DNA from: Candidatus Omnitrophota bacterium
Lineage (GTDB): Bacteria; Omnitrophota; Gorgyraeia; B26-G9
Assembly: GCA_043826565.1 (NCBI GenBank)
Contig: JBDRPX010000012.1
Span: 7,974-71,973, forward strand
Direction: 5' to 3'
DNA length: 64,000 nucleotides
The translations under genes and the position numbers were made by a program. The stretch's first letter is position 1. The number at the start of each line of letters is the position of its first letter. Under the pieces are notes generated by a model. It was not told where the DNA came from. It worked only from the letters and a program-made list of their open reading frames with translations, and ran no database searches. Positions 49,265-59,392 of this stretch are shown here, in pieces.

Positions 49265-49444
49265 TTGTTAAACCACGCATTTTTTTCGCTCGGGTACGAT
49301 TTTTCTAGCGAACGCTAAAAAATGTCTAAAAATCGTCTCCCGGCCTTAATGGGCTCGACGATTTTCTTAACGTCATTTTTTTGCTACGTAAGTCCCGCGA
49401 AGACGGGGAAATCGTAACTCGCTCAAAAATACATGGTTTAACAA
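49265..49444. repeat. 180-bp imperfect palindrome (MITE/structured-RNA-like)
   Basis: Terminal TTGTTAAACCA/TGGTTTAACAA plus nested complementary blocks. Confidence 0.75.
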
Positions 49445-49487
49445 ATATTAGTATGCTTGGACTATTGCGATTGAGAGGATTATTGAA

Positions 49488-50807
49488 ATGATAAAAAAAG
49501 CCATTGATTTTATAAAAACCGATATTTGGCGGATCCGCCTTAAAAAACTGCCCAAATCAAAATCGCTTCTGCTTAAACCCTTGATGATCATTATTCTGGC
49601 CTTGCGCAGTTTTGATGAGGATAAATGTCAGCTCCGGGCCTCGGCTTTAACTTATTATTCTCTGCTTTCGATTGTGCCTTTGGCGGCCATGGCTTTTGGT
49701 ATTGCGAAAGGATTTGGTTTTGAACAGGGATTGGAAACCGTGCTTTTGCAAAGGCTTCCCGGCCAGGAGGAAGTGGTTGCCCGGATTATTTCCTTTGCGC
49801 ATTCGCTGCTGGAGAATACTAAAGGCGGGATGATCGCCGGCATCGGAGTCGCGGTATTGTTCTGGACCGTGATTAAAGTTTTGGGGAATATTGAAAAATC
49901 TTTTAATGATATCTGGGGCATAAAAAAGCCGCGCAGTTTGGGCAGAAAATTCAGTGATTATCTTTCCATCATGCTGATCTGTCCCTTATTGCTGATTATC
50001 TCCAGCACCATGACCGTAGTCATCAGCAGTCAGGTTACGGTATTAATGGAAAAAATTGCATTATTAGGAATTTTCAGCCCGATGATTATGATCTTACTGA
50101 AAATCTTGCCGTATGTTGCGATCTGGATTTTATTTACATTTATATTTATTTTTATGCCTAATACAAAGGTATATTTTAAGTCCGGCCTTCTGGGCGGGAT
50201 TGCCGCGGGCACACTATATCAGGTAGTGCAATGGGCTTATATTAATTTTCAGATCGGCGTGGCAAAATTTAACGCTATTTATGGAAGCTTTGCCGCCTTG
50301 CCGTTATTTTTAGTCTGGGTGCAAATTAGCTGGCTGATTGTTTTATTGGGAGCGGAAATATCTTTTGCCCGCCAGAATCTGGAAACATATGAGCTCGAAC
50401 CTGACTGTTTAAAGGCAAGCTATAATTTTAAGAAAAAACTTACCTTGCAGATAATGCAGGTGCTGGTGAGGAATTTCTCTAAAGCAGAAAAACCGCAGAC
50501 AGCTGCGGAGATTTCTCATGAACTGGAAATCCCCATACGTCTTGTCCGCCAGCTGTTATATGACCTGGTTGAAGCTAATCTGGTTTCCGAGATAAAAGAA
50601 GAGGCGGATAAAGGAACCGCGTATCAGCCGGCACATACTACCAAAGGGCTAAAGATCAAAGATGTAATTGATGCTTTAGAGCATCGGGGAACCGAAGCTA
50701 TTCCGGTGGCAAGATCCAAAGCGCTGGAAAAGATTGAGGCTTCTTTAAAAACGCTTAGCCAGGCTGTGGAAAAATCTTCGGCAAATATCGAATTAGAGGA
50801 AATATAA
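49488..50807 (+). CDS. YihY/BrkB-family membrane protein with C-terminal winged helix
   Basis: ASALTYYSLLSIVP, FNDIWG, IYGSFAALP, LLGAEI. Confidence 0.9.
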   Translation: MIKKAIDFIKTDIWRIRLKKLPKSKSLLLKPLMIIILALRSFDEDKCQLRASALTYYSLLSIVPLAAMAFGIAKGFGFEQGLETVLLQRLPGQEEVVARIISFAHSLLENTKGGMIAGIGVAVLFWTVIKVLGNIEKSFNDIWGIKKPRSLGRKFSDYLSIMLICPLLLIISSTMTVVISSQVTVLMEKIALLGIFSPMIMILLKILPYVAIWILFTFIFIFMPNTKVYFKSGLLGGIAAGTLYQVVQWAYINFQIGVAKFNAIYGSFAALPLFLVWVQISWLIVLLGAEISFARQNLETYELEPDCLKASYNFKKKLTLQIMQVLVRNFSKAEKPQTAAEISHELEIPIRLVRQLLYDLVEANLVSEIKEEADKGTAYQPAHTTKGLKIKDVIDALEHRGTEAIPVARSKALEKIEASLKTLSQAVEKSSANIELEEI

Positions 50808-50833
50808 AGACAGGCTCTTAAGTTCAAAAAGCA

Positions 50834-50882
50834 TTGACAAAATCTTTTTTTTGTATATAATTCCTAGTAATATGGTAGGAAT
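50834..50882 (+). promoter_or_regulatory. Promoter with palindromic Rrf2-type operator
   Basis: TTGACA-16-TATAAT; ATTCCTA-N9-TAGGAAT at 50860-50882 directly upstream of the Rrf2 gene. Confidence 0.72.
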
Positions 50883-50903
50883 GAAAAAGGGGGTAAAATA
50901 ATT

Positions 50904-51320
50904 ATGTGGAAATTATCGACTAAAGGAAGATACGGGTCGCGGTTAATGGTTGAGCTGGCGCTTAATTATGGTAAAGGCTCGATGCTTTTAAAAGATATCG
51001 CGCATCAGGAGGATATTTCCGAGGGGTATTTAGAGCATATAATCCCGCTCTTAAAAGCCGCCGGGCTTATTCATTCGGCCCGGGGAGCGCATGGCGGATA
51101 TGTTTTAGCCCGGCCTCCGGAGGCGATAACGCTTAAGGAGATTGTCCAGGCTTTAGAAGGTTCTTTAGCTCCGGTCGAATGTGTGGATACCCCATCTGTG
51201 TGTACGCGGACTAAGTGTTGTGTTACGCGCGATGTCTGGACAGAATTAAAAGACAGCATAACAAAGACATTGGAAAAAGTCAGTTTAAAAGATATGGTGG
51301 TTAAGCAAAAGAAAAAATAA
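50904..51320 (+). CDS. Rrf2-family regulator (IscR/CymR-like, Cys-containing)
   Basis: LSTKGRYG, RGAHGGYVL, ECV..C..CC. Confidence 0.92.
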   Translation: MWKLSTKGRYGSRLMVELALNYGKGSMLLKDIAHQEDISEGYLEHIIPLLKAAGLIHSARGAHGGYVLARPPEAITLKEIVQALEGSLAPVECVDTPSVCTRTKCCVTRDVWTELKDSITKTLEKVSLKDMVVKQKKK

Positions 51321-51325
51321 GAGAT

Positions 51326-51372
51326 GAAAATTGATAATTGAAAGTTGGAATTAATATTTTACAATATTCAAA
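51326..51372 (+). repeat. Heptamer-periodic element (GAAAATT family)
   Basis: gaaaatt gataatt gaaagtt then TGGAATTAATRTTTTACAAT core shared with 28080 element. Confidence 0.65.
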
Positions 51373-51386
51373 ATAAGGAGAGAGAG

Positions 51387-52214
51387 ATGGTTAAGTTTGC
51401 CAGTGTTTCCGAGAGTCAGGTTACCAATGCGATTGTGAAGGATTTTTGTGAAAAGTTGACTAATCATACCCAGACTGAAGTGGTTATCGTCGGCGGCGGA
51501 CCAAGCGGTTTGATCGCCGGAAGAGATTTAGCAAGAGCCGGAGTTAAGGTTTTAATTATTGAAAGTAATAATTATCTTGGCGGCGGGTTTTGGATCGGCG
51601 GGTATTTAATGAACGGAGTTACTTTTCGGGAACCGGCTAATGAAGTTCTTGATGAATTAGGAGTGCCTTATAAAAAAGCAGATGAGGGTCTTTATATCGC
51701 GCCCGGGCCGCATGCGTGTTCTAAGCTTATTGCCAGCGCTTGTGATGCCGGAGTAACAATTATTAATATGACCAGGTTTGATGATGTTGTGCTGCGAGAA
51801 GGAAACCGTGTTGCCGGAGTTGTAATCAACTGGACCCCGGTTGCGGCTTTACCCAGAGCAATTACTTGTGTTGACCCAGTGGCGATCGAGGCAAAGATCG
51901 TTATTGACGCTACCGGACATGACGCTTCTGTCGTACAGACTTTGGTCAATCGTGATCTCATGAAAATTAAGGGATTTAGCGGTATGTGGGTAGATAAATC
52001 CGAGGATATGGTAGTCGAGAAGACTCAGGAAGTGTATCCGGGATTAGTTGCCACTGGAATGTCGGTGGCGACGGTGTTTGGAACTCCGCGGATGGGTCCG
52101 ACTTTTGGCGGCATGTTACTTTCCGGCAGAAAAGCCGCGGTTGTTGTGCAGGATATTCTTTCCGGGAAAACAAAAGGCGCGACTGTAGATGGCTTAGTTA
52201 AAGAAGCCCGCTGA
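51387..52214 (+). CDS. thi4: Thiazole synthase Thi4
   Basis: [39 protein letters not shown]. Confidence 0.93.
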   Translation: MVKFASVSESQVTNAIVKDFCEKLTNHTQTEVVIVGGGPSGLIAGRDLARAGVKVLIIESNNYLGGGFWIGGYLMNGVTFREPANEVLDELGVPYKKADEGLYIAPGPHACSKLIASACDAGVTIINMTRFDDVVLREGNRVAGVVINWTPVAALPRAITCVDPVAIEAKIVIDATGHDASVVQTLVNRDLMKIKGFSGMWVDKSEDMVVEKTQEVYPGLVATGMSVATVFGTPRMGPTFGGMLLSGRKAAVVVQDILSGKTKGATVDGLVKEAR

Positions 52215-52226
52215 AAATTATAATTA

Positions 52227-53048
52227 ATGAAAAAACAGAAAACTAATAGTTTAAAACAATCATTAGCTTCAATGGGAAGCGTGCTTATCGCATACTCCGG
52301 CGGAGTGGATAGTACTTTTTTGCTTAAGGTCGCCAAAGATGTATTGGGTGATAATGTTTTGGCGGTCACCGCGGTTTCCGATACTTATCCTATTTATGAA
52401 CTTGAAGAAGCAAAGCGAATAGCAAAAATGTTGGAGGTTAAGCATATTATTATTGAAACCGATGAGCTGGCTATCGGAAATTTTGCTGAAAATTCTTCCC
52501 AGCGGTGTTATTGGTGCAAACAGGAACTTTTTCAGCAGCTAAATAGGATTGCCCAGAAGTGCTTATTGAGCAATGTTCTCGATGGAACAGTTTCTGATGA
52601 TATTGATGATTACCGGCCGGGAAGAAAAGCCGCGGTTGAGTTAGGCGTTAAAAGCCCGCTTAAAGAATCCGGATTTTTAAAAAAGGAGATAAGAGAACTT
52701 TCTCGGGAATTTGGTTTGCCGACATGGGATAAACCAACATGTGCGTGTTTGGCGAGCCGTTTTCCTTACGGAGTTAAGATAACCCGGGATAAGCTTGCTA
52801 TGGTGGATAATGCCGAATGTTTTTTAAGAGTTTTGGGGATTAAGCAGGTGCGGGTGAGGCATCATGATACAATCGCGCGTATTGAAGTAGAGAAAAAGGA
52901 TATATCAGTTATTTTGGCAGAAAAAACAAGAGATGAAATTGTATCGTTTTTTAAAGAGCTGGGATATTCCTATATAACTGTTGATTTACAGGGGTATCGA
53001 ACCGGCAGTCTTAATGAAGTTCTACGAGTAAATGATCGGGAGATGTAG
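52227..53048 (+). CDS. larE: LarE-family ATP-dependent sulfur transferase
   Basis: AYSGGVDS, RCYWCK, DDYRPG, CLASRFPYG, RVRHH, GYRTGS. Confidence 0.92.
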   Translation: MKKQKTNSLKQSLASMGSVLIAYSGGVDSTFLLKVAKDVLGDNVLAVTAVSDTYPIYELEEAKRIAKMLEVKHIIIETDELAIGNFAENSSQRCYWCKQELFQQLNRIAQKCLLSNVLDGTVSDDIDDYRPGRKAAVELGVKSPLKESGFLKKEIRELSREFGLPTWDKPTCACLASRFPYGVKITRDKLAMVDNAECFLRVLGIKQVRVRHHDTIARIEVEKKDISVILAEKTRDEIVSFFKELGYSYITVDLQGYRTGSLNEVLRVNDREM

Positions 53049-53055
53049 TTTTTGC

Positions 53056-54123
53056 ATGAAACAGAAGGTTTTAGCAGCAATGAGCGGCGGGGTAGATTCA
53101 TCGGTCGCTGCTTTTTTATTAAGTGAGCAGGGATTAGAAGTTGTTGGCGTTACGATGTGTCTGGGGCTCAAGGATCCATTGGATAATAAAACCCATTGCT
53201 GTGGGATGCAGGCAATAGAAGACGCGAAAAAAGTTTGTTTGAAATTGAAAATCCCGCATTATGTGATGGATTTTTCCGAGGAATTAGAACAGAAAGTTAT
53301 CCGGCGCTTTATCGCGGAATATTCCGAAGGCCGGACTCCGAACCCTTGTATAGATTGTAATCGATATTTGAAATTTGGAATTCTGTTAAATAAAGCCCGG
53401 GCCATGGGATTTGATTATATTGCTACCGGACATTACGCGAAAATCGAAAAAGAAGGTGAAGAAGTTTTTTTAAAAATACCTAAAGACCAAAAAAAAGACC
53501 AGACTTATTTTCTTTATCAAATAACCCGGGAAAATTTAAAATATATTCTTTTTCCTTTGTCAGATTTGACAAAAGATCAAGTTAGGGGTATTGCCAGGAA
53601 ACAGAATTTGGCAGTTGCGGATAAACCGCAAAGCCAGGATATATGTTTTGTCCCGGAGAAGAAATATAAAAAGTTTATACTGGACAGAGGAATTCACCCG
53701 TGCCCCGGGCATATACTGGATTTAGAAGGCAATATTTTGGGGAAGCATGAAGGGGTAAGTTTTTATACTATTGGACAGAGAAAGGGTTTAGGCGTAAGTG
53801 CTGGTGCGCCGCAGTATGTTGTGCGGATAGACGCGGGGAGAAATATTATTATTTTAGGTAATAAAGACGATTTAAAATCAAAAGGTTTTATTGCCGGGGA
53901 TATTAATTTTTTTACTGATAATATACCGGAGAAAAGTTTTGTTAAGATTAGATATAGCCAAACACAAGCAAGGTGCCGCATTTCTTGTTTTGCAGATAAA
54001 TTGTTTGTGATTTTTGAAAAAAGACAAGAGGCAGTAACTCCCGGACAGGCGGCGGTATTTTATGATAATGATACTGTTTTGGGAGGAGGAGTAATTGAGG
54101 AGGTATTTAATGGATATAATTAA
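53056..54123 (+). CDS. mnmA: tRNA 2-thiouridylase MnmA
   Basis: AMSGGVDS, PNPCIDCN, ATGHY, KDQTYFL, SQDICF, TPGQ. Confidence 0.97.
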   Translation: MKQKVLAAMSGGVDSSVAAFLLSEQGLEVVGVTMCLGLKDPLDNKTHCCGMQAIEDAKKVCLKLKIPHYVMDFSEELEQKVIRRFIAEYSEGRTPNPCIDCNRYLKFGILLNKARAMGFDYIATGHYAKIEKEGEEVFLKIPKDQKKDQTYFLYQITRENLKYILFPLSDLTKDQVRGIARKQNLAVADKPQSQDICFVPEKKYKKFILDRGIHPCPGHILDLEGNILGKHEGVSFYTIGQRKGLGVSAGAPQYVVRIDAGRNIIILGNKDDLKSKGFIAGDINFFTDNIPEKSFVKIRYSQTQARCRISCFADKLFVIFEKRQEAVTPGQAAVFYDNDTVLGGGVIEEVFNGYN

Positions 54124-55033
54124 AAGGATCAACGCTCTTAAAAAAGAAAAAAACGCGGTAATCCTGGCACATAATTATCAATTGCCGGAAGTCCAGGATA
54201 TCGCCGATTATATCGGTGATTCCCTGGGGTTAAGCCGGCAGGCAGCGGATACAGACGCGGATGTAATTGTTTTTTGCGGAGTGCGGTTTATGGCGGAAAC
54301 AGCCAAGATCCTTTCTCCGGAAAAAACAGTATTGATCCCGGATATCAAGGCGGGGTGTCCCATGGCGGATATGATCACTGCCGAGCAGCTGCGCGAAGCA
54401 AAAGCCAGGAATCCGCAAGCGAAAGTATTATGTTATGTAAACACCTCTGCGGAAGTAAAGGCGGAAAGCGATCTATGCTGTACTTCGGCAAACGCGATTA
54501 ATATGGTTCAAGATGTTTTAGTGAATAATGAAGAAATACTATTTGTCCCGGACAAATATCTGGCCCGCTATACAGCTCAGTGTACCGGCCGGGAGTTTAT
54601 TTTTTGGCATGGGTATTGTCCGACCCATGTAAAAATTTTAGCGGAAGATATTCTCAGGCAAAAGCAGCTGCATCCGGAAGCGGAAGTAATGGTGCATCCG
54701 GAATGTAATGCCGAAGTATGCGGATTGGCAGATGCGGTCTTGTCAACCGGAGGCATGAGTAAATATGCCAGAGAATCTGCGGCGCGAGAATTTATCGTTG
54801 GAACGGAAAACGGGATGATTTATCCTTTACGCAAGGACAATCCCGGTAAAAAGTTTTACCCTGCCTCACTCCGGGCGATATGCCCCAATATGAAACTTAC
54901 TACATTAGAAAAAGTGCTGCATGCGCTTGAATATAATGAGCATGAAATTACTGTCCCCGAACATATCCGCGTTCCGGCCAAAGAGGCTATCGAGGCTATG
55001 CTTAACGGCGGAGAATTAGTTTTAAGTAAGTAG
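54110..55033 (+). CDS. nadA: Quinolinate synthase
   Basis: LAHNYQ, FCGVRFMAE, GCPMA, CPTH, HPEC, CPNMK. Confidence 0.97.
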   Translation: MDIIKRINALKKEKNAVILAHNYQLPEVQDIADYIGDSLGLSRQAADTDADVIVFCGVRFMAETAKILSPEKTVLIPDIKAGCPMADMITAEQLREAKARNPQAKVLCYVNTSAEVKAESDLCCTSANAINMVQDVLVNNEEILFVPDKYLARYTAQCTGREFIFWHGYCPTHVKILAEDILRQKQLHPEAEVMVHPECNAEVCGLADAVLSTGGMSKYARESAAREFIVGTENGMIYPLRKDNPGKKFYPASLRAICPNMKLTTLEKVLHALEYNEHEITVPEHIRVPAKEAIEAMLNGGELVLSK

Positions 55034-55104
55034 GTTATTGCCAGCGTCCAATCCAAGTGATACAATTAAAAGCATAATAACCTTAACTAAAGGGAGGAAG
55101 AGGT

Positions 55105-56088
55105 ATGCATGCTAATGAATTTTTTGAACGTTTATTCAGCAAAAAATTATCCCGTAAAGAATTTTTAAAAATAATATTTTCCGGAGCTGGGGTGCTGGCG
55201 ACAGAGAATTTTTTTGCAAAAGCAGCTAATGCTTTGTTCAGTCCGCCGGATTATTTTGGAAGGAAAAAACAGCAGCTTCAAGGCGCGTATGATCTGGTAG
55301 TTGCCGAAGGCGAAGACCCGGGGAAGATGGTCGCGGCGGCTCTGGAAGCTATGGGCGGAATGGAGAAGTTTGTTAAATCCGGAAGCACAGTATTGATCAA
55401 GCCTAATATTGCCTGGGACAGAACTCCGGAACAGGCGGCAAATACAAATCCTGATGTAGTCGCAGCGCTGGTGGAGCTTTGTTTTAAAGCCGGAGCAAAA
55501 AGAGTAAATGTTTTTGACAATCCCTGTAATGACGCCCGGAGCACTTATTTAAACAGCGGGATCCAACAGGCCGCGAAAGACCGCGGAGCAAATGTTTTCT
55601 TCCCTAATAAATGGAATGTGGTTACGGCTAAGTTTAAATACGAAAGCGAAATGGCGGACTGGGCTATTTTTCGGGAAGCTGTAGAATGTGATACCTTTAT
55701 CAATGTCCCGGTTTTAAAGCATCACCGGCTTACGGGATTAACGCTTTCGATGAAAAACCTGATGGGTATTTGCGGCGGTAATCGCGGGAATATCCATACC
55801 GGGATCGGGAAAAGACTGGTAGATCTAACTGATTTTATAAGCCCGGATCTAACGGTGATCGATGCTTATCGTGTTTTGGTAAGGAATGGCCCGGTTGGCG
55901 GAAATCTGGAAGATGTTGTGGCTATGAAGAAGCTGATCGTGGGAACAGATCCTACTCTTGCCGATACCTATGCCTGTAAGCTTATGAATATCGAGCCGTT
56001 ATCCGTTCCTTATATTGCTCATGCGGTAGAAAGAAATTTCGGCAGTATTAATATTGGTCAGGCTAATATTTTAAAAATAACCGCATGA
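55105..56088 (+). CDS. DUF362-family protein with Tat-like signal
   Basis: SRKEFLK, IKPNIAWD..TNP, INVPVLKHH, MKNLMG. Confidence 0.88.
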   Translation: MHANEFFERLFSKKLSRKEFLKIIFSGAGVLATENFFAKAANALFSPPDYFGRKKQQLQGAYDLVVAEGEDPGKMVAAALEAMGGMEKFVKSGSTVLIKPNIAWDRTPEQAANTNPDVVAALVELCFKAGAKRVNVFDNPCNDARSTYLNSGIQQAAKDRGANVFFPNKWNVVTAKFKYESEMADWAIFREAVECDTFINVPVLKHHRLTGLTLSMKNLMGICGGNRGNIHTGIGKRLVDLTDFISPDLTVIDAYRVLVRNGPVGGNLEDVVAMKKLIVGTDPTLADTYACKLMNIEPLSVPYIAHAVERNFGSINIGQANILKITA

Positions 56089-57617
56089 AAAATAAAAAAT
56101 TAGTTTTTATCAGACTGGTTTCACAAATTGTTTTTTTCTTTGTTTTTGTGTATATTCTCTGGTCAACGACATATTCGCTTACCGGAAAGCTTCCTTCGGA
56201 ATTATTTTTTAAGATCGATCCTTTGCTCATGGTGATTACCGCGATAAGCGAACGGGTCTTATTGCCTGGTCTGATATTTTCTTTTATCATGCTGGGCCTG
56301 ACCTTGATCCTGGGAAGGTTTTTTTGCGGCTGGATCTGTCCTCTGGGTACGGCCATAGATTTTTTCGGCTGGCTGAATAAGAAAAAAGCTTTGGTGGATC
56401 CGGCGGTCAATCAGCGGGTTAGAAAAATTAAATTTTACATTCTGACCATTATTGCTGTCTTTGCGGTTTTCGGCATCCAGATCGCCTGGCTTTTTGATCC
56501 GATTGTCATCACCGGAAGATTTGTGTCGCTTAATCTTATTCCCTCTGTGACATTATTAATAGATAGTTTTTTTATTGCGATTATCCGCATGGTAAATCTT
56601 TATCAGCCGCTGCTTGATCTTTACCGCGTTTTACAGGAAAATATATTGGGGATAAAAGAAAGTTATTTTGCGCATGCCGGAGCTATTTTCGCGTTTTTTT
56701 TATTGGTTTGCGGAGTTTCCTTGCTTGTGTCCCGGTTATGGTGCCGGACACTTTGCCCCTTAGGAGCGCTTTATGCTTTTTTCAGCCGCGATGCCTTGCT
56801 CACCCGAAAGGTGGATGAATGTACTTTTTGCCATAAATGCAGCCGTCATTGCCGGATGAGGGCGATCAATAAAGATATGAGTTATGAAAAACAGGAATGC
56901 GTGTTATGCCTGGATTGTATATATGAATGCCCCTCAAGATCAACGCGTTTTGTTTTTCGGCGCGCAAAGGAAATAAAAAAAGGGGAAACTTCCTCCGGAG
57001 AAGGCGGTATTGTCCGCCGGGAGTTTTTGGTTTTAATGGCGGCTGCAGTTGGTGCGGTGTTTTTAAAAAGCAGAGGGAAAAAAAGAGAGGATGAACATAT
57101 CCGCGATGCGGTGCTTCTTCGTCCTCCGGCTGCGCTTAAAGAAGAAGAATTCTTAGCCCGCTGTATCCGCTGCGGTAACTGTATGAAAGTATGTCCGACC
57201 AATGCATTACAGCCGGTGATGATCGAATCCGGAGCAATGGCCATGTGGACCCCGCGCCTGGTTCCGGAAATCGGTTACTGCGAATATAATTGTACCTTAT
57301 GCCAGCAGGTGTGCCCCACGGGCGCGATCTCTAAAATATCTTTAGCGAAAAAACAGAAAATCAAGATCGGGATCGCTAAGATCAATAAAAAAACCTGCCT
57401 GCCCTGGGGAAAAAATAAAGAATGTATTGTCTGTGAAGAGCATTGTCCGGTGCCGGATAAAGCGATTAAAATTAAAGAAGAAATTATTGACGGCAAAGTA
57501 ATGCTGCGGCCGGAGATAGACGAAGACCTGTGTATCGGCTGCGCGATCTGCCAGACAAAATGTCCGGTGCGGCCGAGAGCAATTAGAACAGTACCGGAGA
57601 AAAGTGACCGGATGTAA
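56085..57617 (+). CDS. Membrane 4Fe-4S protein (NapH/MauN + NapG/MauM-like fusion)
   Basis: FCGWICP, WCRTLCP, RPP, multiple CxxCxxCxxxCP. Confidence 0.9.
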   Translation: MKNKKLVFIRLVSQIVFFFVFVYILWSTTYSLTGKLPSELFFKIDPLLMVITAISERVLLPGLIFSFIMLGLTLILGRFFCGWICPLGTAIDFFGWLNKKKALVDPAVNQRVRKIKFYILTIIAVFAVFGIQIAWLFDPIVITGRFVSLNLIPSVTLLIDSFFIAIIRMVNLYQPLLDLYRVLQENILGIKESYFAHAGAIFAFFLLVCGVSLLVSRLWCRTLCPLGALYAFFSRDALLTRKVDECTFCHKCSRHCRMRAINKDMSYEKQECVLCLDCIYECPSRSTRFVFRRAKEIKKGETSSGEGGIVRREFLVLMAAAVGAVFLKSRGKKREDEHIRDAVLLRPPAALKEEEFLARCIRCGNCMKVCPTNALQPVMIESGAMAMWTPRLVPEIGYCEYNCTLCQQVCPTGAISKISLAKKQKIKIGIAKINKKTCLPWGKNKECIVCEEHCPVPDKAIKIKEEIIDGKVMLRPEIDEDLCIGCAICQTKCPVRPRAIRTVPEKSDRM

Positions 57618-57718
57618 GCTTAAAAAACTATTTGACATATCCGGACATGTATCTTAAACTAGGGTAACTATCCAAATAAAACAATCCATAAAAAATAAAA
57701 TTAAAGGAGGAGTATAGT

Positions 57719-58465
57719 ATGAAGAAATTATTTATAGGATTTATTGTTGTCGTGATTTTGGCGGGTTTTGTTTTGCCGGCATTTGCCGAATATAAAGTGG
57801 TGCTTGATGTTACCGACTGGAAGAGTGAAACTTCCTTAGGCTATACCCGTGCTACCGGGAATACGCAAAACACCCAATTACTGGGATCTTTTGAGGCGGA
57901 GCGAAAAACCGATAAGGATCAGCTGACGGTTAAAGCGAACACTTTATATTCTTCTCAAAATAAAAAGATGGACGGACAAAAACATAATGGATCGATCCGC
58001 TATGGTTTTGATTTCTGGTCGGATCAGTGGTATGGCTTTATGAAGTTTGAAGCTGAGCATGATAAATTCGCGAATATTGATTACAGGCTGCTTCCTTCGG
58101 CTGGTGCGGGTTACTGGTTTTCCGATACCGAGGAATGGAAAGCTTTAGCTGAACTTGGTCTTGGTCTTGAACACACGGAATATTCGAATGGCGCGAAAGA
58201 AAGCACGGATGTTGTGCTAATCCCGCGCGCGTTTGCGGAAAAGAAAGTATTTACCGATTCCACTCTTTCTCAGGAAGTTATATTTTATCCTAATCTTGAT
58301 GAAGGAGATCAATACCGTATGCGCGCGGAAACAAGGTTTACCAATCCCTTAAGCGAGGAAATGTCTTTACGCTGCAGTTTTATTGATGAATACAATTCAG
58401 ATCCGGCGGGTGATTCAAAGAAGAATGATACCCGTTTAGTTACATCTTTAGTTTATTCATTCTAA
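57719..58465 (+). CDS. DUF481/YdiY-like outer-membrane beta-barrel
   Basis: Signal peptide, GNT, GAGY, terminal LVYSF. Confidence 0.85.
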   Translation: MKKLFIGFIVVVILAGFVLPAFAEYKVVLDVTDWKSETSLGYTRATGNTQNTQLLGSFEAERKTDKDQLTVKANTLYSSQNKKMDGQKHNGSIRYGFDFWSDQWYGFMKFEAEHDKFANIDYRLLPSAGAGYWFSDTEEWKALAELGLGLEHTEYSNGAKESTDVVLIPRAFAEKKVFTDSTLSQEVIFYPNLDEGDQYRMRAETRFTNPLSEEMSLRCSFIDEYNSDPAGDSKKNDTRLVTSLVYSF

Positions 58466-58485
58466 TTTAAAGATAAAAAATAATA

Positions 58486-58530
58486 ATAAAACGCCCGTTT
58501 TAATTACACAATAATGCGGGCGTTTTATAT
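58486..58530 (+). terminator. Intrinsic terminator
   Basis: ATAAAACGCCCG..CGGGCGTTTTAT. Confidence 0.75.
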
Positions 58531-58612
58531 TTCTGATTTTCAGCCGGGACAAATTCTTGACAAAGACAGTCCCCCGTCGTATTATTAATGTGGCAATAAT
58601 AAATTTTAAGAT

Positions 58613-59392
58613 ATGAAAAAACAAGAAAATAGATATTTATACGGCCCGGTATCTTCCTGGCGTCTGGGCCGCTCACTAGGCATAGATGCTTTATCCGGCA
58701 AGAAAAAAAATTGCAGTTTTAACTGCGTTTACTGCCAGATCGGACGGGCAGCGCCTTGTCCGAAAAGAAGAAAAATATTTGTACCGACCAAGAAAATCAT
58801 TGATGAGCTGAAACGTTTTCCCCGGGTACCGATCGATTATCTTACCTTTTCCGGTATGGGCGAGCCGACACTGGCAAAGAATTTAGGACAGATCATAAAA
58901 CATATCCGCAAAATCCGCCGGGAAAAAATAGCGGTAATAACCAATTCCTCATTAATTGATAATGCGCAAGTGCGTAAGGAAATTAAATTAGCCGACCTTG
59001 TCATGGCTAAGCTTGATTGCTGCGGCCCGGAATTATTAAACAAAGTAAATCATCCGGTTGGTTCGGTTACCTTTGATAAAATGGTCAGGGGGTTAAAAAA
59101 ACTCCGGAGTGAATATAAAGGAAAACTGGCTTTGCAGATAATGTTTGTAAAGGAAAATAAAAAATTCGCTTCCCGCATTGCCGAGATAGCTAAAGATATT
59201 GCACCGGATGAAGTACAGATCAATACCCCTTTGCGAAAAAATAAATGCGCGCCTTTATCAAAGCAGGAAATCGCCGAGATTAAAAAATTTTTCCACGGGT
59301 TTAATATTGTCAGTGTTTATGATCAGAAGCGGAAGAAAACTAAACCCATAAGCAGTAAAGAAACAGTGCGCCGCCGGGGGCAGAAAGACTGA
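58613..59392 (+). CDS. Radical SAM protein
   Basis: YGPVSSWRLGRSLGID, CSFNCVYCQ, GEPTL, ITNSS. Confidence 0.92.
   Translation: MKKQENRYLYGPVSSWRLGRSLGIDALSGKKKNCSFNCVYCQIGRAAPCPKRRKIFVPTKKIIDELKRFPRVPIDYLTFSGMGEPTLAKNLGQIIKHIRKIRREKIAVITNSSLIDNAQVRKEIKLADLVMAKLDCCGPELLNKVNHPVGSVTFDKMVRGLKKLRSEYKGKLALQIMFVKENKKFASRIAEIAKDIAPDEVQINTPLRKNKCAPLSKQEIAEIKKFFHGFNIVSVYDQKRKKTKPISSKETVRRRGQKD

Noticed and set aside
51321-51386. TPP riboswitch upstream of thi4
   Set aside because: No CTGAGA/ACCTG motifs; the space is filled by a heptamer element
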